From Planctomycetota bacterium (GTDB taxonomy: Bacteria > Planctomycetota > MHYJ01 > WSZJ01): DNA of 64,000 nt. How positions within the stretch are numbered: the stretch's first letter is position 1; each line of letters opens with the position of its first letter. Below, piece after piece: positions 9,983 to 20,300 of this stretch. A model generated the notes under the pieces. That model searched no databases, was not told the DNA's origin, and saw only the letters and a list, made by a program, of their open reading frames with translations. The stretch covers positions 121,616 to 185,615 of the forward strand of contig JBBTCT010000015.1 in the NCBI GenBank assembly GCA_038060895.1, written 5' to 3'. A program made the position numbers and the translations under genes.

Positions 9983-11059
9983 TCAGCCGCGCCGCCGCAG
10001 CTGCCCGCACGCGGCATCCTCTTCGGCTCCCCGCTGTTTCCGGATGTGCACGGTGACGCCGCGCTCGCGCAGGATCTCCCAGAACCGGACGGCTTTTTCC
10101 TTCGTCGCAGCCCGGAACGGCAGGCCTTCCACCGTGTTGTGCGGGATCAGGTTGACGTGGAACGTGCGCCCTCGCAGGACTTCCGCGAGCTGCTCCGCGT
10201 GTCCGGGCGCGTCGTTGACGCCGTCGAGCAGGACGTAGCTGATCGTGACGTGGCGGCCCGTCCGCGCGCGGTAGTCCGCGGCCGCGTCGAGCGTCTCCTG
10301 CACGCTCCAGAGTCGCGGCGCCGTGCGGACGATCGCCGCGCGCGTGGCGTCGTCCGGCGCGTGCAGCGACACGGCGAGGTGCGGCGGTTCATCCGACGCG
10401 GCCAGCGCTTCCATGCCGGAGACAATCCCGACCGTGGAAACCGTGACGCCGGAGGGAGGGAGCGCCCCGGCGTGGCGGTGTGTGAGGTTGCGGATGGCGA
10501 CGATGACGTTGTCCACATTGTGGAGCGGCTCGCCCATGCCCATGAACACGACCGTGGCAAGCCGCTGACCGCGCGCTGCGGCCTCGCGACGAAGGAGCAG
10601 CGCCTGCGCGACGATTTCGCCCGCCGTCAGGTTTCGCGTCAGGCCGCCTAGCCCGCTTGCGCAGAACGAGCATCCCGCGGCGCACCCGACCTGGCTGGAA
10701 ACGCACGCCGCCGCGGTGGGCCGCCGAATCCGCGGCGTCCTGTCGTTGCGATTGCGTGCGCTCATGCGCTTCCGCGAATGGTCCCCCCGCACTCCCGGGA
10801 TCAGCACGCACTCGACCGCCCGGCCGTCGGACAGCGCGAGCAGCAGCTTGGAGGTCCCGTCCGCCGCGTCCACGCGTTTCGAAATCACGGGCAATTCCGC
10901 GTCAAATTCAGCCGCCGTTTCGCGCAACTTCCGCCCGATCCATGGCGCTTCTTCCAGCCCATACGCCGCGCGGAGCGATCTCTGGACGTTCTGGGCCGAA
11001 CTCGCGCCGGCGAGGCGCGAGAGGAGACTGTCGGCAGGCTGGTCGAAGAGTGAGTTCAT
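9983..11059 (-). CDS. rlmN: RlmN/Cfr-family radical SAM RNA methyltransferase
   Basis: CVSSQVGCAAGCSFCASG, VFMGMGEPL, SLHAP, VNLIP and DAACGQL motifs; N-terminus divergent, may be a paralog. Confidence 0.75.
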   Translation of the reverse strand: MNSLFDQPADSLLSRLAGASSAQNVQRSLRAAYGLEEAPWIGRKLRETAAEFDAELPVISKRVDAADGTSKLLLALSDGRAVECVLIPGVRGDHSRKRMSARNRNDRTPRIRRPTAAACVSSQVGCAAGCSFCASGLGGLTRNLTAGEIVAQALLLRREAAARGQRLATVVFMGMGEPLHNVDNVIVAIRNLTHRHAGALPPSGVTVSTVGIVSGMEALAASDEPPHLAVSLHAPDDATRAAIVRTAPRLWSVQETLDAAADYRARTGRHVTISYVLLDGVNDAPGHAEQLAEVLRGRTFHVNLIPHNTVEGLPFRAATKEKAVRFWEILRERGVTVHIRKQRGAEEDAACGQLRRRG

Positions 11060-11357
11060 GGGCTGGCGCGGGATGAGTTTGTCACACGCGTGGCGATCCT
11101 GGGAAATGGGTTCTTTGGGAGACAGGATGCAGATCCGCGGCCTCCTCATCCGGAATGGCGGCACCGAACTCAACCGTGTGGCCTGATATGCAAGGCACCG
11201 GGGCGGGCGAAAATCCCGTGGGGGCGGGCGGAGTCGGCCCGCACAAGGAAAACCGCTCAATGACCGTCCCTGGGCCGACGCAGCCTGAACCCACGGGATT
11301 TTCGACCGACCTCTCCATTCTTTTGCCCTGACAACGCTTCAACCTACAATCCGCCCC

Positions 11358-12959
11358 ATGGCGCGACTCCTGCTGGTCAACGCACGCATCCGGACTTTCG
11401 ACGCGAATGTCCCGGAACAGACGGCCCTGATCGCGGAAAACGGCCGGATCTCGTTCGTCGGCGATGACTTCACGGTGCGCTCGTCTTACCGGGACGGCGA
11501 CGAGGTGCATGACCTCGAAGGGCGCTCGGTTTTTCCCGCGTTCCACGACGCGCACACGCATTTCTATCATTACGCGCTGACGCTTCGGAGGCTGCGCCTC
11601 GACGATTCGCACAGCGAGCACTCCGCATGCCAGGGCGTCAAAGGGACGGCCGACCGCGCTCCTGCAGGCGACTGGATCGTCGGGCGCGGATGGGCTCTGT
11701 CGCGGTGGGGCGTGGACGAATGGCCGACAAAGGCCTCGCTCGACGAGGCGGCGCCGAACAATCCGGTGGCGCTCGCCTCCAAAGACGGGCACGCGTGGTG
11801 GGTGAACTCGAAGGCGCTGGCGGCCGCAGGCATCACGAAGGCGACGCCGAATCCCGTCGGCGGCCTCATCGAGCGCGACGCGGCCGGCGAGCCGACGGGA
11901 ATCCTCCGCGAGAAAGCGCTCGAACTCGTCAAGCCGTTCATCGCCTCGCCACCCGTGCAGGCCGTCCGCGGAGGACTGCGCGACGCCGTCGTCCAGTTTC
12001 ACTCACTCGGCGTCGCCAGCGCCGACATCGTCGCCGGCGCCATGGGACGCGACATCGAGCTCGAAGAAGGATTCCGGCTCTTCCAGAATATGGAGCACGC
12101 CGGCGAACTCGGCATCCGTCTCACGGTTTATTTCCCGGCGCACGACCTCGACCGCCTGATCGCCTGCGGATTCCGCAGCGGATTCGGAAGCGACTGGCTG
12201 CGTTTCGGCGGCATCAAGCTCTACGCCGACGGGTCGCTCGGTTCACGCACGGCGGCGATGCTGCAGCCGTACGAAGGGACGAAAGATTGCGGCGTCGAAG
12301 TCATGCCGCCTGCGGAGATGGCGGCGATCGTGAAGAAGGCCGCGGAGAACGGAATCGCCTGCGCGATTCACGCGATCGGCGACAAGGCCGTCCGCAACAC
12401 GCTCGACGCGTTCCAGGCGGCGAAGCCTGCAGCAGACGCATTCGGCCTCCGCCAGCGCCTCGAGCACGCACAGATCGTCGATGCGGCCGACATCCCGCGC
12501 TTCAAGCAGCTCGGCGTCGTCGCTTCAATGCAACCCTGCCAGCTCATGAGCGACATCGACAGCGCGGAGAAGTTGTGGGGAGTCGAGAGGTCGAAGCGGG
12601 CCTACCCGGTGCGGTCGCTGCTGGCGGCGGGCGCGGTGGTGGCGTTCGGGACGGACGTGCCCGTGGAGCCGCCGGATCCGAGGCGCGTGCTGAAGGGCGC
12701 CGTGCTGCGGCCGAAGGAGGACTGGACGCCCTGGAACGAGGCCGAGTGCATTTCGCCGTGGGATGCGTTCCTGGCGTACACGCGCGGCTCGGCGTGGGCG
12801 TCGGGGATCGAGGACAGGGCGGGGCGGCTGGTGCCGGGGTGTCTCGCGGATATGATGGTCTTCAACGAGGACCCGATTGAGATTCCCACGCGGCGGATGG
12901 CGGATGCGACCGTGGTGATGACGGTGATCGACGGGAAAGTGGTCTATCGGAAGAAGTAG
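11358..12959 (+). CDS. Amidohydrolase family 3 (YtcJ-like)
   Basis: P.FHDAH.H, GH..W.NS.AL, K.YADGSLGSRTA, HAIGD.A, EHAQ, GTD.PV motifs; TACAAT 7 nt before ATG. Confidence 0.9.
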   Translation: MARLLLVNARIRTFDANVPEQTALIAENGRISFVGDDFTVRSSYRDGDEVHDLEGRSVFPAFHDAHTHFYHYALTLRRLRLDDSHSEHSACQGVKGTADRAPAGDWIVGRGWALSRWGVDEWPTKASLDEAAPNNPVALASKDGHAWWVNSKALAAAGITKATPNPVGGLIERDAAGEPTGILREKALELVKPFIASPPVQAVRGGLRDAVVQFHSLGVASADIVAGAMGRDIELEEGFRLFQNMEHAGELGIRLTVYFPAHDLDRLIACGFRSGFGSDWLRFGGIKLYADGSLGSRTAAMLQPYEGTKDCGVEVMPPAEMAAIVKKAAENGIACAIHAIGDKAVRNTLDAFQAAKPAADAFGLRQRLEHAQIVDAADIPRFKQLGVVASMQPCQLMSDIDSAEKLWGVERSKRAYPVRSLLAAGAVVAFGTDVPVEPPDPRRVLKGAVLRPKEDWTPWNEAECISPWDAFLAYTRGSAWASGIEDRAGRLVPGCLADMMVFNEDPIEIPTRRMADATVVMTVIDGKVVYRKK

Positions 12960-13001
12960 GGAGTGATGAGTCGGGAGTAGGGGGTAGTTGGTAGTGGGTA
13001 G
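12956..13001. repeat. G-rich intergenic repeat (GTAGGGAGT.ATGAG...GTAGTGGGTA, family C)
   Basis: A second copy lies at 28542-28579; both follow the + strand stop codon between convergent genes. Confidence 0.55.
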
Positions 13002-13018
13002 GAACAGCCAGAGCCCCG

Positions 13019-15154
13019 CTACCTTAGCTCCACCTTGATCGAGTCTCCGTACAGCGCCTCGCGCTCGCCTGATTCTCTTGCGCGCTCAAGAAGCTTCTTC
13101 AAGTCCGGCTTCGGCTTCCATTTCAGGGGCTTTGTTGCTCCTTCAATGCGGATTTCTTCGGCGGTCATGACTCGATCGTCGTGGAAGAGCTCGACCTCGG
13201 CAGGCTTGCCGCCCAGGACCCTCAGCGTCATGACTCCGTCGGCATAGTGCGCTTCCACGCCGCAGAGATCGACTGGGTTGAAGGCGCCGTCCTTCATGCC
13301 GAAGGCGTTGGCTTTCGTGGCGCGGCGGATCGCCAGCCAGTGGCTTTCGCCTTCCCACGCGTTGAGGCACCAGTGCTCAACCTTTGACGGGTGGGCTTCG
13401 CGGGTCCGTAGAGACGACCACTCGAGGAAGCGCGGGTAGAGCCACGCCATGCGGTCGTGGCCGTAATTGCGCGCCTCGTGGTAGACGAACGGCGCCTCCC
13501 AGCTTTTCAGAAGCGCGGCTGCCTGTCGCGAGTAGATTGTGTTCAGCCCGTCGAACTCGCCCTCCATCTGGAAGATCGGAACGCGCGCGACGTTACGCAG
13601 TTGCGGAAACTTGTCGTCGTACGGCTTCGGCCCGTGAATCTCGGGCCCGCACGCGGCCCATCGCGACGGGTACGACTGCGCGAGCCGCCACGTCATCGCG
13701 CCGCCCATCGACACACCGGTGATCACGACGCGGTCCGGATCGACGTTGCGTTCCAGGCAGAGCTTCCGCACGACTCGCAACACCTCGTCATCCGACTTCG
13801 GCGACCGCGTCGTCCCCGCCGTGGAGCCGTACTTCGGCGCCGCGAGAATCATCCCCGCGGTTTCCGGAAGCGACGTCCAGCACTGGTAGTCCCACTCGGG
13901 TTGCTGGTACTGGCCGTGCAGCACAAGCAGCAGCGGGAAGCGCTTCCAGGGGGAGTAGTCCTTCGGGAAGCGCAGCCATACGTTGTCGTCCGTGACGCCG
14001 TCTTCCGGCGCGGGGTCGAGATCCGGCATGTGGCACAGGACGGCCGCGACGGTCTTCACGTCGGGCCTGAGCTTCAGGACCGGCTCGATGGACTTGCCGC
14101 GCAGGAAGTCGCGGACGGCGTCCTCGAGTTTCTTCATCGCCCGCGGGTCGCCGATCGCGAGGCCCGGCAGGTCGTCGCCGTAGGTCAGGAAAAAGCGCAG
14201 CCGGAGCAGGCTGGCCTCCGCGTCGGCATCTACGAGGTCCACGCGGCTTGCGGCCTTGTCGAGCAGCCGGCGCGGGCCGTCGTACGGCGCCGGCCACGCG
14301 TCCGGCGCTTTCTCGACCAGCTCGGTGATCCACTTCGGCTCCTCGAATGTCTCCTCCGCCGGCAACGGTGGCCGCGCGTCCCAGCCGAATGCCTCGCGCC
14401 ACTTCTCCGGGATCTTGTTCGCCTTCGCGAGGTCCGGAAATGACGCCGTCACCCGCGCGGTGCGCAGCCCCTCCGTCTCGTTCGCGAAGAGCGTCCCGCC
14501 GTCGCCGACATCGACGACATCCAGCGCGATGGCCTCCTTCACGCGCCCCTTTCCAATCCGGATCCACTCGCCATCGAGAACAAGCCGGCCCTTCTCGTCA
14601 ATCCTCTCCGAGCGAATTCCCACCGGAATCGCCCGGGGCATCTTGACTTTGGCGCGCGTGGCGTTCTTGAACTGTTCCTTCGCGATCCAGAACTTGCCGA
14701 GTCCCTGGACGCCCACCCATGCGAAAAGGAGGCGCTGACCCGCGAGCGCCCTGGGTTCGAGCTCCGGGTGGCGAGTGGCAAGGAGGCCGCCCGTTCCGAA
14801 CAGGACGCGTCCGTCGGGGAGCGCCAGCTTCTCGACCTCGATCTCGTCGGGGACCGCCGCCCAGCCGACGGCCTTCATGTCCTCGCGCTCGAGATCCCGG
14901 CACAGCATCCGCACGTAGTCTTCGCCGTTTTCGTGGTCGTACGCGAGCTGCACCATGTCGCGGAAGAGCGCCTGCGCCCCCTCCGGATCGAGCGGCCCGT
15001 CGAACCGCGCGATCAGCGCGTCGTATCGCTTCGCCGAAAAAAACTTCGACTCCTTCGCCGCGACCACGACGGTGCGATGAGGTTCGCGGACCGTGTCGGG
15101 AAGCTGGGCGAGAGCGGGGAGAGCGAGCAGGGCCAGCGCGGCGGCGCGGAGCAT
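13019..15154 (-). CDS. Exported alpha/beta-hydrolase (esterase/peptidase-like)
   Basis: Signal peptide; PLLLVLHG, VDPDRV.ITGVSMGG nucleophile elbow, GE.D and GH motifs. Confidence 0.8.
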   Translation of the reverse strand: MLRAAALALLALPALAQLPDTVREPHRTVVVAAKESKFFSAKRYDALIARFDGPLDPEGAQALFRDMVQLAYDHENGEDYVRMLCRDLEREDMKAVGWAAVPDEIEVEKLALPDGRVLFGTGGLLATRHPELEPRALAGQRLLFAWVGVQGLGKFWIAKEQFKNATRAKVKMPRAIPVGIRSERIDEKGRLVLDGEWIRIGKGRVKEAIALDVVDVGDGGTLFANETEGLRTARVTASFPDLAKANKIPEKWREAFGWDARPPLPAEETFEEPKWITELVEKAPDAWPAPYDGPRRLLDKAASRVDLVDADAEASLLRLRFFLTYGDDLPGLAIGDPRAMKKLEDAVRDFLRGKSIEPVLKLRPDVKTVAAVLCHMPDLDPAPEDGVTDDNVWLRFPKDYSPWKRFPLLLVLHGQYQQPEWDYQCWTSLPETAGMILAAPKYGSTAGTTRSPKSDDEVLRVVRKLCLERNVDPDRVVITGVSMGGAMTWRLAQSYPSRWAACGPEIHGPKPYDDKFPQLRNVARVPIFQMEGEFDGLNTIYSRQAAALLKSWEAPFVYHEARNYGHDRMAWLYPRFLEWSSLRTREAHPSKVEHWCLNAWEGESHWLAIRRATKANAFGMKDGAFNPVDLCGVEAHYADGVMTLRVLGGKPAEVELFHDDRVMTAEEIRIEGATKPLKWKPKPDLKKLLERARESGEREALYGDSIKVELR

Positions 15155-15163
15155 CTCACGATC

Positions 15164-15658
15164 TTATCCGGTCGAGGACCCTGATTGTTCGGCGCGCCGT
15201 ACTCGCGCTTCCCAGAGCCAGAGCGCGGCAGCGAGCGTGACAAACGCAGCGAACCAGACCGCGAATCCAGATCGAAGACCCGAGGGCCGGTCGAATCCCA
15301 CGAGCAGCCGCCAATAAAGAATCTGCCCGACGCACACTGTCGCGACGATCGCCGGCCAGTAACGGCGCCCCCGGAAAGGCAGCATCGGCAGACCGGGGAC
15401 GAAGAGCATGACGATGTTGGGAATCGTGAGTGCGGCCGTCAGGGGGTCGATCCAACCGGGGTCCCGTTGGCTGAGGATCTTGAAGAAGGCCTCCGCGATG
15501 TATCGGGCGCAACGGTACCCGGACCAGGCGTCGCCAAAGACGTCGTTGGCTGGCAAGGCGAGGGCGACGAGAAAAATCACGAACGCAAACCATACGCCCC
15601 ACGGCAGCGGGGGGCTGGGTGCGAGTTCCCCGGACGCTGCGTTTGGCGACTGATTCAT
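15164..15658 (-). CDS. Small membrane protein (tandem paralog B)
   Basis: LPWGV..AFV.FL..LA.PA, LTIPN..ML.VPGLP, RR.WPAI.ATV, W.A.FVTLA.ALWLWE.RVRRA shared with the upstream gene. Confidence 0.75.
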   Translation of the reverse strand: MNQSPNAASGELAPSPPLPWGVWFAFVIFLVALALPANDVFGDAWSGYRCARYIAEAFFKILSQRDPGWIDPLTAALTIPNIVMLFVPGLPMLPFRGRRYWPAIVATVCVGQILYWRLLVGFDRPSGLRSGFAVWFAAFVTLAAALWLWEARVRRAEQSGSSTG

Positions 15659-16167
15659 GCCGGAGCCTGTAGGGTGGCAGCTCGTCGAACGCGGAGTTCC
15701 CACAGCCAGAGGGCACTCGCCAGGGTCACAAAGGAGGCAAGCCAGAACCAATACCCGAAAAGAATGCGCTCGGATGGGCCGTGCTTTGCGATGGCCCAGG
15801 ACAGCACGTGAAGCGAGGCGACAGTAGCGGCTATGGCCGGCCAGAGCCGGCGCCGCGAGGGGCGAATCAACGGAAGTCCCGGAACGCAGAGCATAAGGGC
15901 GTTGGGAATCGTGAACGAGGACTCCAGGAGGTCTTCGCCTTCCCCTTGGAGAACCCACCAGAAAAATGTCGCGGACCACTGGCCACATTCCCAGCCCACG
16001 AACCGTTCTGCTCCCGAAGGCGCGCTGGCTGGCGGCGCGGTGAAGGTGCCCACTTCCCACGCCGGCATTGCAAGGGAGGCCAGGAAGACCACGAAGGCCG
16101 CCGCGACTCCCCAGGGCAGTCGCGGAAAGGGAGGTGGCACCAGCGTCTCTGCGGATTCCTCGCTCAC
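15655..16167 (-). CDS. Small membrane protein (tandem paralog A)
   Basis: GTG start overlaps the AAA ATPase stop (GTGA); its stop overlaps the paralog B ATG; clear similarity to paralog B. Confidence 0.75.
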   Translation of the reverse strand: MSEESAETLVPPPFPRLPWGVAAAFVVFLASLAMPAWEVGTFTAPPASAPSGAERFVGWECGQWSATFFWWVLQGEGEDLLESSFTIPNALMLCVPGLPLIRPSRRRLWPAIAATVASLHVLSWAIAKHGPSERILFGYWFWLASFVTLASALWLWELRVRRAATLQAPA

Positions 16168-17324
16168 GCCTTCTTCCTGAACTCCTCGAACCGCTTCAAG
16201 TCGTCCTTCCCGACGCTCGGCTTCAGGGTCGCGAGCGCCTGCTGAAAAGCGGCGAGGCCCATCTCGCGGTCCGCGCCTTCTTCGACAGAATCCTCGAACA
16301 GCTCCTCCTTCACCTTGCGCACGAGGTACGCGATGTCGGCGCCGCTGTACCCGTCGAGCCACTTGGCGAGCTCTCCGAGGTCGAGTCCGCCGGCGAGGGG
16401 GGCATCCTTGAGGTTCAGCTGGAGGATCTGGTGCCGCGCGGCGACGTCGGGGAGGTCGATGAAGATCTTTTCGTCGAAGCGGCCGGGACGCATGGCGGCG
16501 TAGTCGAGCGCCCACGGCTCGTTGGTGGCGCCCATGAACAGGATCGAGCGGTCATCCGATTTCCCGGCGAAGCCGTCCATTTCGCCGAGGATCGAAGGGA
16601 CGAGGCGCTGCATGACGTTGGATTCCTGGTCGCGGCGCGACGGGAGAAGGGACTCGATTTCGTCGATGAAGACGATGGAGCGGCCCAGTTCGCGGGCCTC
16701 GGCGAAGAGGTTGGAGATGTTCTTCTCGGCCTCGCCGACCCATTTCGAAAGGATGCGCGACGGGGTGACGACGAAGAACGTCGCGTCGAGCTCGGCGGCG
16801 ACGGCGCGGGCCATCATCGTCTTGCCGGTGCCGGGCGGGCCGTAGAGCAGGATGCCGCCGCCCTTCTGGACGCCGTACTTCTTCGCCTTCTCGGCATGCG
16901 TGAAGGGGTAGATCATTTTGATGCGGATCTGCTTCTTGGCTTCCTGCAGTCCGGCGATGTCGTCGAATTTCACCTTGGGTTTTTCGCGGACGATCCAGTC
17001 GCCGGCCTTGCCGGTCTTCTTCTTCGCGCCCTCGGCGGGCGCCGCTTCACGCCGCGGTCCGCCCTCGTCGTCGCCGCCGCCCTGGGTCTCGCCCTCGGCG
17101 TCGGCCGAGGGGGGCATGCTGCGGGCCACGTCAACGAGGTCGCGCGCGTTCTTGAGCCGCGTCTCCTTCAGCTTCCCGTCGGACATGGTCGCGAGCCGCA
17201 TGAGGTATTCGGCGGCGCGCAGCAGCTGGTACCGCGCCTCCTTCGAATTCCCGGCGCGGCGGGCGGTGAGGCCGATCGCCTTGTGGTGCTGGAAGCGATC
17301 GAGGTAGAACTCTGCGGAGGGCAT
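16164..17324 (-). CDS. Single-module classic-clade AAA+ ATPase, Vps4/CdvC-like, with helical (MIT-like) N-terminus
   Basis: KP.VKFDDIAGL..AK, GILLYGPPGTGKT, SKWVGEAEK, FIDEIESL, ATNEPW.LD.A..RPGRFD, YSGADI, KPSV...DL..FEEF; TACAAT 6 nt before ATG. Confidence 0.85.
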   Translation of the reverse strand: MPSAEFYLDRFQHHKAIGLTARRAGNSKEARYQLLRAAEYLMRLATMSDGKLKETRLKNARDLVDVARSMPPSADAEGETQGGGDDEGGPRREAAPAEGAKKKTGKAGDWIVREKPKVKFDDIAGLQEAKKQIRIKMIYPFTHAEKAKKYGVQKGGGILLYGPPGTGKTMMARAVAAELDATFFVVTPSRILSKWVGEAEKNISNLFAEARELGRSIVFIDEIESLLPSRRDQESNVMQRLVPSILGEMDGFAGKSDDRSILFMGATNEPWALDYAAMRPGRFDEKIFIDLPDVAARHQILQLNLKDAPLAGGLDLGELAKWLDGYSGADIAYLVRKVKEELFEDSVEEGADREMGLAAFQQALATLKPSVGKDDLKRFEEFRKKA

Positions 17325-17363
17325 GCGGTGATTGTACACGCGACGGTCCGGCCCGCGGGCGCC

Positions 17364-20300
17364 TCAGGGAGCGGCGCGAAGTCGGCGAAGAGGCTCTACG
17401 ACTTCCGCGGGCGGATTCTCAAGCCAGCCCAGCGACGCCGCGCGATCCAGCGCTTCCCGCGCCAGTTCCGCGCCCCCGATCGCCGCCGCGGTCGCGACGA
17501 GGATCTCCGCCGCCTTTGTGAGCACGTCCGGGCGGTCTCTTCCCGTCGCGTCGCAGTCGCGGAGGCAGTCTCTCGCCGCGGCCAGGGCTTCGTCATCACG
17601 GCCGAGTGCCTGCTGGCTCCGCGCGCAGGTGAGCAGCGAGGAAGCTCTCCCCGCGGTGTTCGAGGCCCTGGCGTAGCCTTCGGCCGCCGCACGCGCCACG
17701 GACAGCGCTTCCTCCGGCCTCCCGAGCTCCAGCAGCATCATGGCGGCGTTGCTGCGGAAGGTCGCTTCGCCGTCCAGGTCGCCCGCCCGCCGGGCTCGCT
17801 CCGTGGCCTCGCGATAGGACGCGAGAGCGCCGGCGTGATCGCCCTGGTTGTGGGCGAGGTGCGCCCGCGCGTTCAGGACGCTGAGCAGGCCGCGTTCGTC
17901 TTCCTGCGCTTCGAGAATCACGGTCGCTGCGTCGAGGCAGGCCTCTGCGGCCGGCGCGTCGTTGCGACGCACGTGGACCGAGCCCTTCTCGTAAAGCGCC
18001 ATTCCCAGCGTTCGCGATACCCCCGCCGAACGGGCGAGCGCTTCGCACTGGGTGAACAGGTCGAGAGCGCCGTCGAGGTCGCCGAGGTGCTTGCGGATGA
18101 CGCCCCGGTCCAGCAGGGTCATGACGACTCCTTCACGGTTTCCCGACCGACGGAACTCAATCTCGGCGCGCGCCAGCTGCGCTTCCCCCTCCGCGCGGCT
18201 TCCGGCGAACGCGCGACGCTGGCCGGCGGAAGCGGCCATTCGGGCGGCGCCGACGGCGTCGCCGAGGGAGCGGAAGATGCGCTCGGCCTCGTCGAGGGCG
18301 CCGGAGGCGGATTCGAATTCGCCGAACATGGAGTAGATGTTGGCGCACGTGCCGAGGACGCGGGCGATGACCCACGGGTCGCCGGACGCCCGTGCGCCGC
18401 GGAGCGCCTCGTCGGAGGCGGCGACGGTGGCGGCGCGGTTCCCTTTGCGCAGGTACTGCATCGCGGCGGACGCCTGCGCCATCGCGGCCGTCCGGACGTC
18501 GCCCTCGGCCCGCGCCAACGCGAGAGATTCCTCCCGCAGAGCCAGCGAACCCCGCACGTCGCCCCTTCCGGCGAGCACGTTCGCGGCGATGGTGAGGGCG
18601 ACGAGAAGGGTGGCCGGATGCGCGAGATCCCGGGCTTTTTCGAGCGCCGCTTCCGACTCCCGCGTCGCGCGCGCGCCTTCGCCGGTGTCCCAGAGCGCTT
18701 CGGCAAGGCGGGCCTGGAGGAGGACGGATTCCGGGGGAGAGGCGTGGGCGAGTGCGGCCTCGAGGCGAGGGACGCGCTGGTCCCACGGGCCGCGGAGCAT
18801 GAGAAGTGCTGCGCAGGCGAGGGTCAGCCGCGAGGACGCGACCGAGTTGCCTGCCGACCGGGCGCGGCCGGAGGCGGCGAAGAGATTGTCGCGCTCGAGG
18901 TCGAGGGCGTCGAAAGCCTCAAGCGCGCGCGCGGTGGGGATGCAGGCGGCCCAGCGTTCCGCCCAGGAGAGGAAGTGCGAGGTGAAGCGGCGGTCGAGCG
19001 CGCGTTTCTCGGGCTCCGCCGCGTGGTCCTGCCACCAGGCTTCGCCGAATTCGCGGAGGGCCACGTAGACATTGAAGCGCAGCCCGGACTTCGATTCGGA
19101 TCCGCGCAGGAAGCTGCGTTCGCGAAGGCGCTGGACCACGTCCATCGCGGCGGGGGCAGCGGGGAAGGACGCGAGGTCGAGCACCGCCTCGGCCGCCTCG
19201 AGATCGAATCCGCCGCGGAAGACGCAGATCTGCGCGAAAGCGCTTCGCTCCCAATCCTCCAGCAGGCCCCAGCTCCATTCGATGGCGCCGGCGAGCGAGC
19301 GCTGGCGGGAGGGGAGGTCGCGGCGCGTGGAGACGAGAAGCCGGAACTTGTCGGCGAGGCGGGCGACGATCTGAGCGGGCGAGAGGACGCGGACGCGGGC
19401 GGCGGCGAGCTCGAGGGCGAGCGGCATGCCGTCGAGCTCGGCGCAGAGCGCGGCGACGTCGGAGGCGTTCGCGGGCGTCAGGGCAAACTTCGGGTCGGCT
19501 TCCAGCGCGCGCTCGAGGAAGAGCCGAACGGCGTCGTGCGCGGCGACGTCCGCGACGGTCGGCGGAGTGCCGGGGCGGGCGGGCGATGAAAGCGGCTCGA
19601 GGGCGATCTCGCGTTCGCCGGCGACGCCAAGGAGGAATCGCGACGTCGCGAGGACGCGCAGCTTCGGCGCGCGGCGCAGCCACGCCCCGACGGTCGCGGG
19701 CGCCGCATCGACGACCTGTTCGAAATTGTCGAGGATGAGGAGCAAGGGCTTGCGCAGTTCGAGGACGTCGCCCATCGCTTCCTCGGGCGGGCAGCAGCCG
19801 GTGAGCGGGACGTGCAGGGCCGCCGCGACCGCCTGGGCGACGCCGGCGGCGTCGCGCGCCTCCGTGAGGTCCGCGAACCAGACACCGTCGGGGAAGCGAT
19901 CGAGCAGGTCGGCGCCGAGGCGGAGGGAGAGGCGGGTCTTACCCGTGCCTCCGGGGCCGGTGAGCGTGACGAGCCGGACGCCGTCGGTGGCAAGCAGAAC
20001 GGCGACCTCTTCGAGTTCGCGCTCCCGGCCGACAAAGGAATTCGCCGGGAATGGAAGATTCGTGGCGGCGACGGAGAGGGTGTTCGGCGGCGGGAAGCGG
20101 CGCGTGGCGAGGGAGGCGGGAAGGATGGACCAGAGGCGCTCGGGGCGCTCGATCCCGCGGAGGCGATGGTCGCCGATGTCCGCGAGGACTGCCCCGCTCA
20201 GCGCCTCGCCCGCGGCTCGCAGCAGTGCTTCCGACACGAGCACCTGCCCGCCGTGCGCGGCCTGGGCGATCCGCGCCGCCCGGTTGACGACCGGCCCCAG

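Noticed and set aside
9983-11059. Cfr antibiotic-resistance methyltransferase
   Set aside because: Motifs fit the RlmN/Cfr family generally; nothing visible specifically supports Cfr without a phylogeny.
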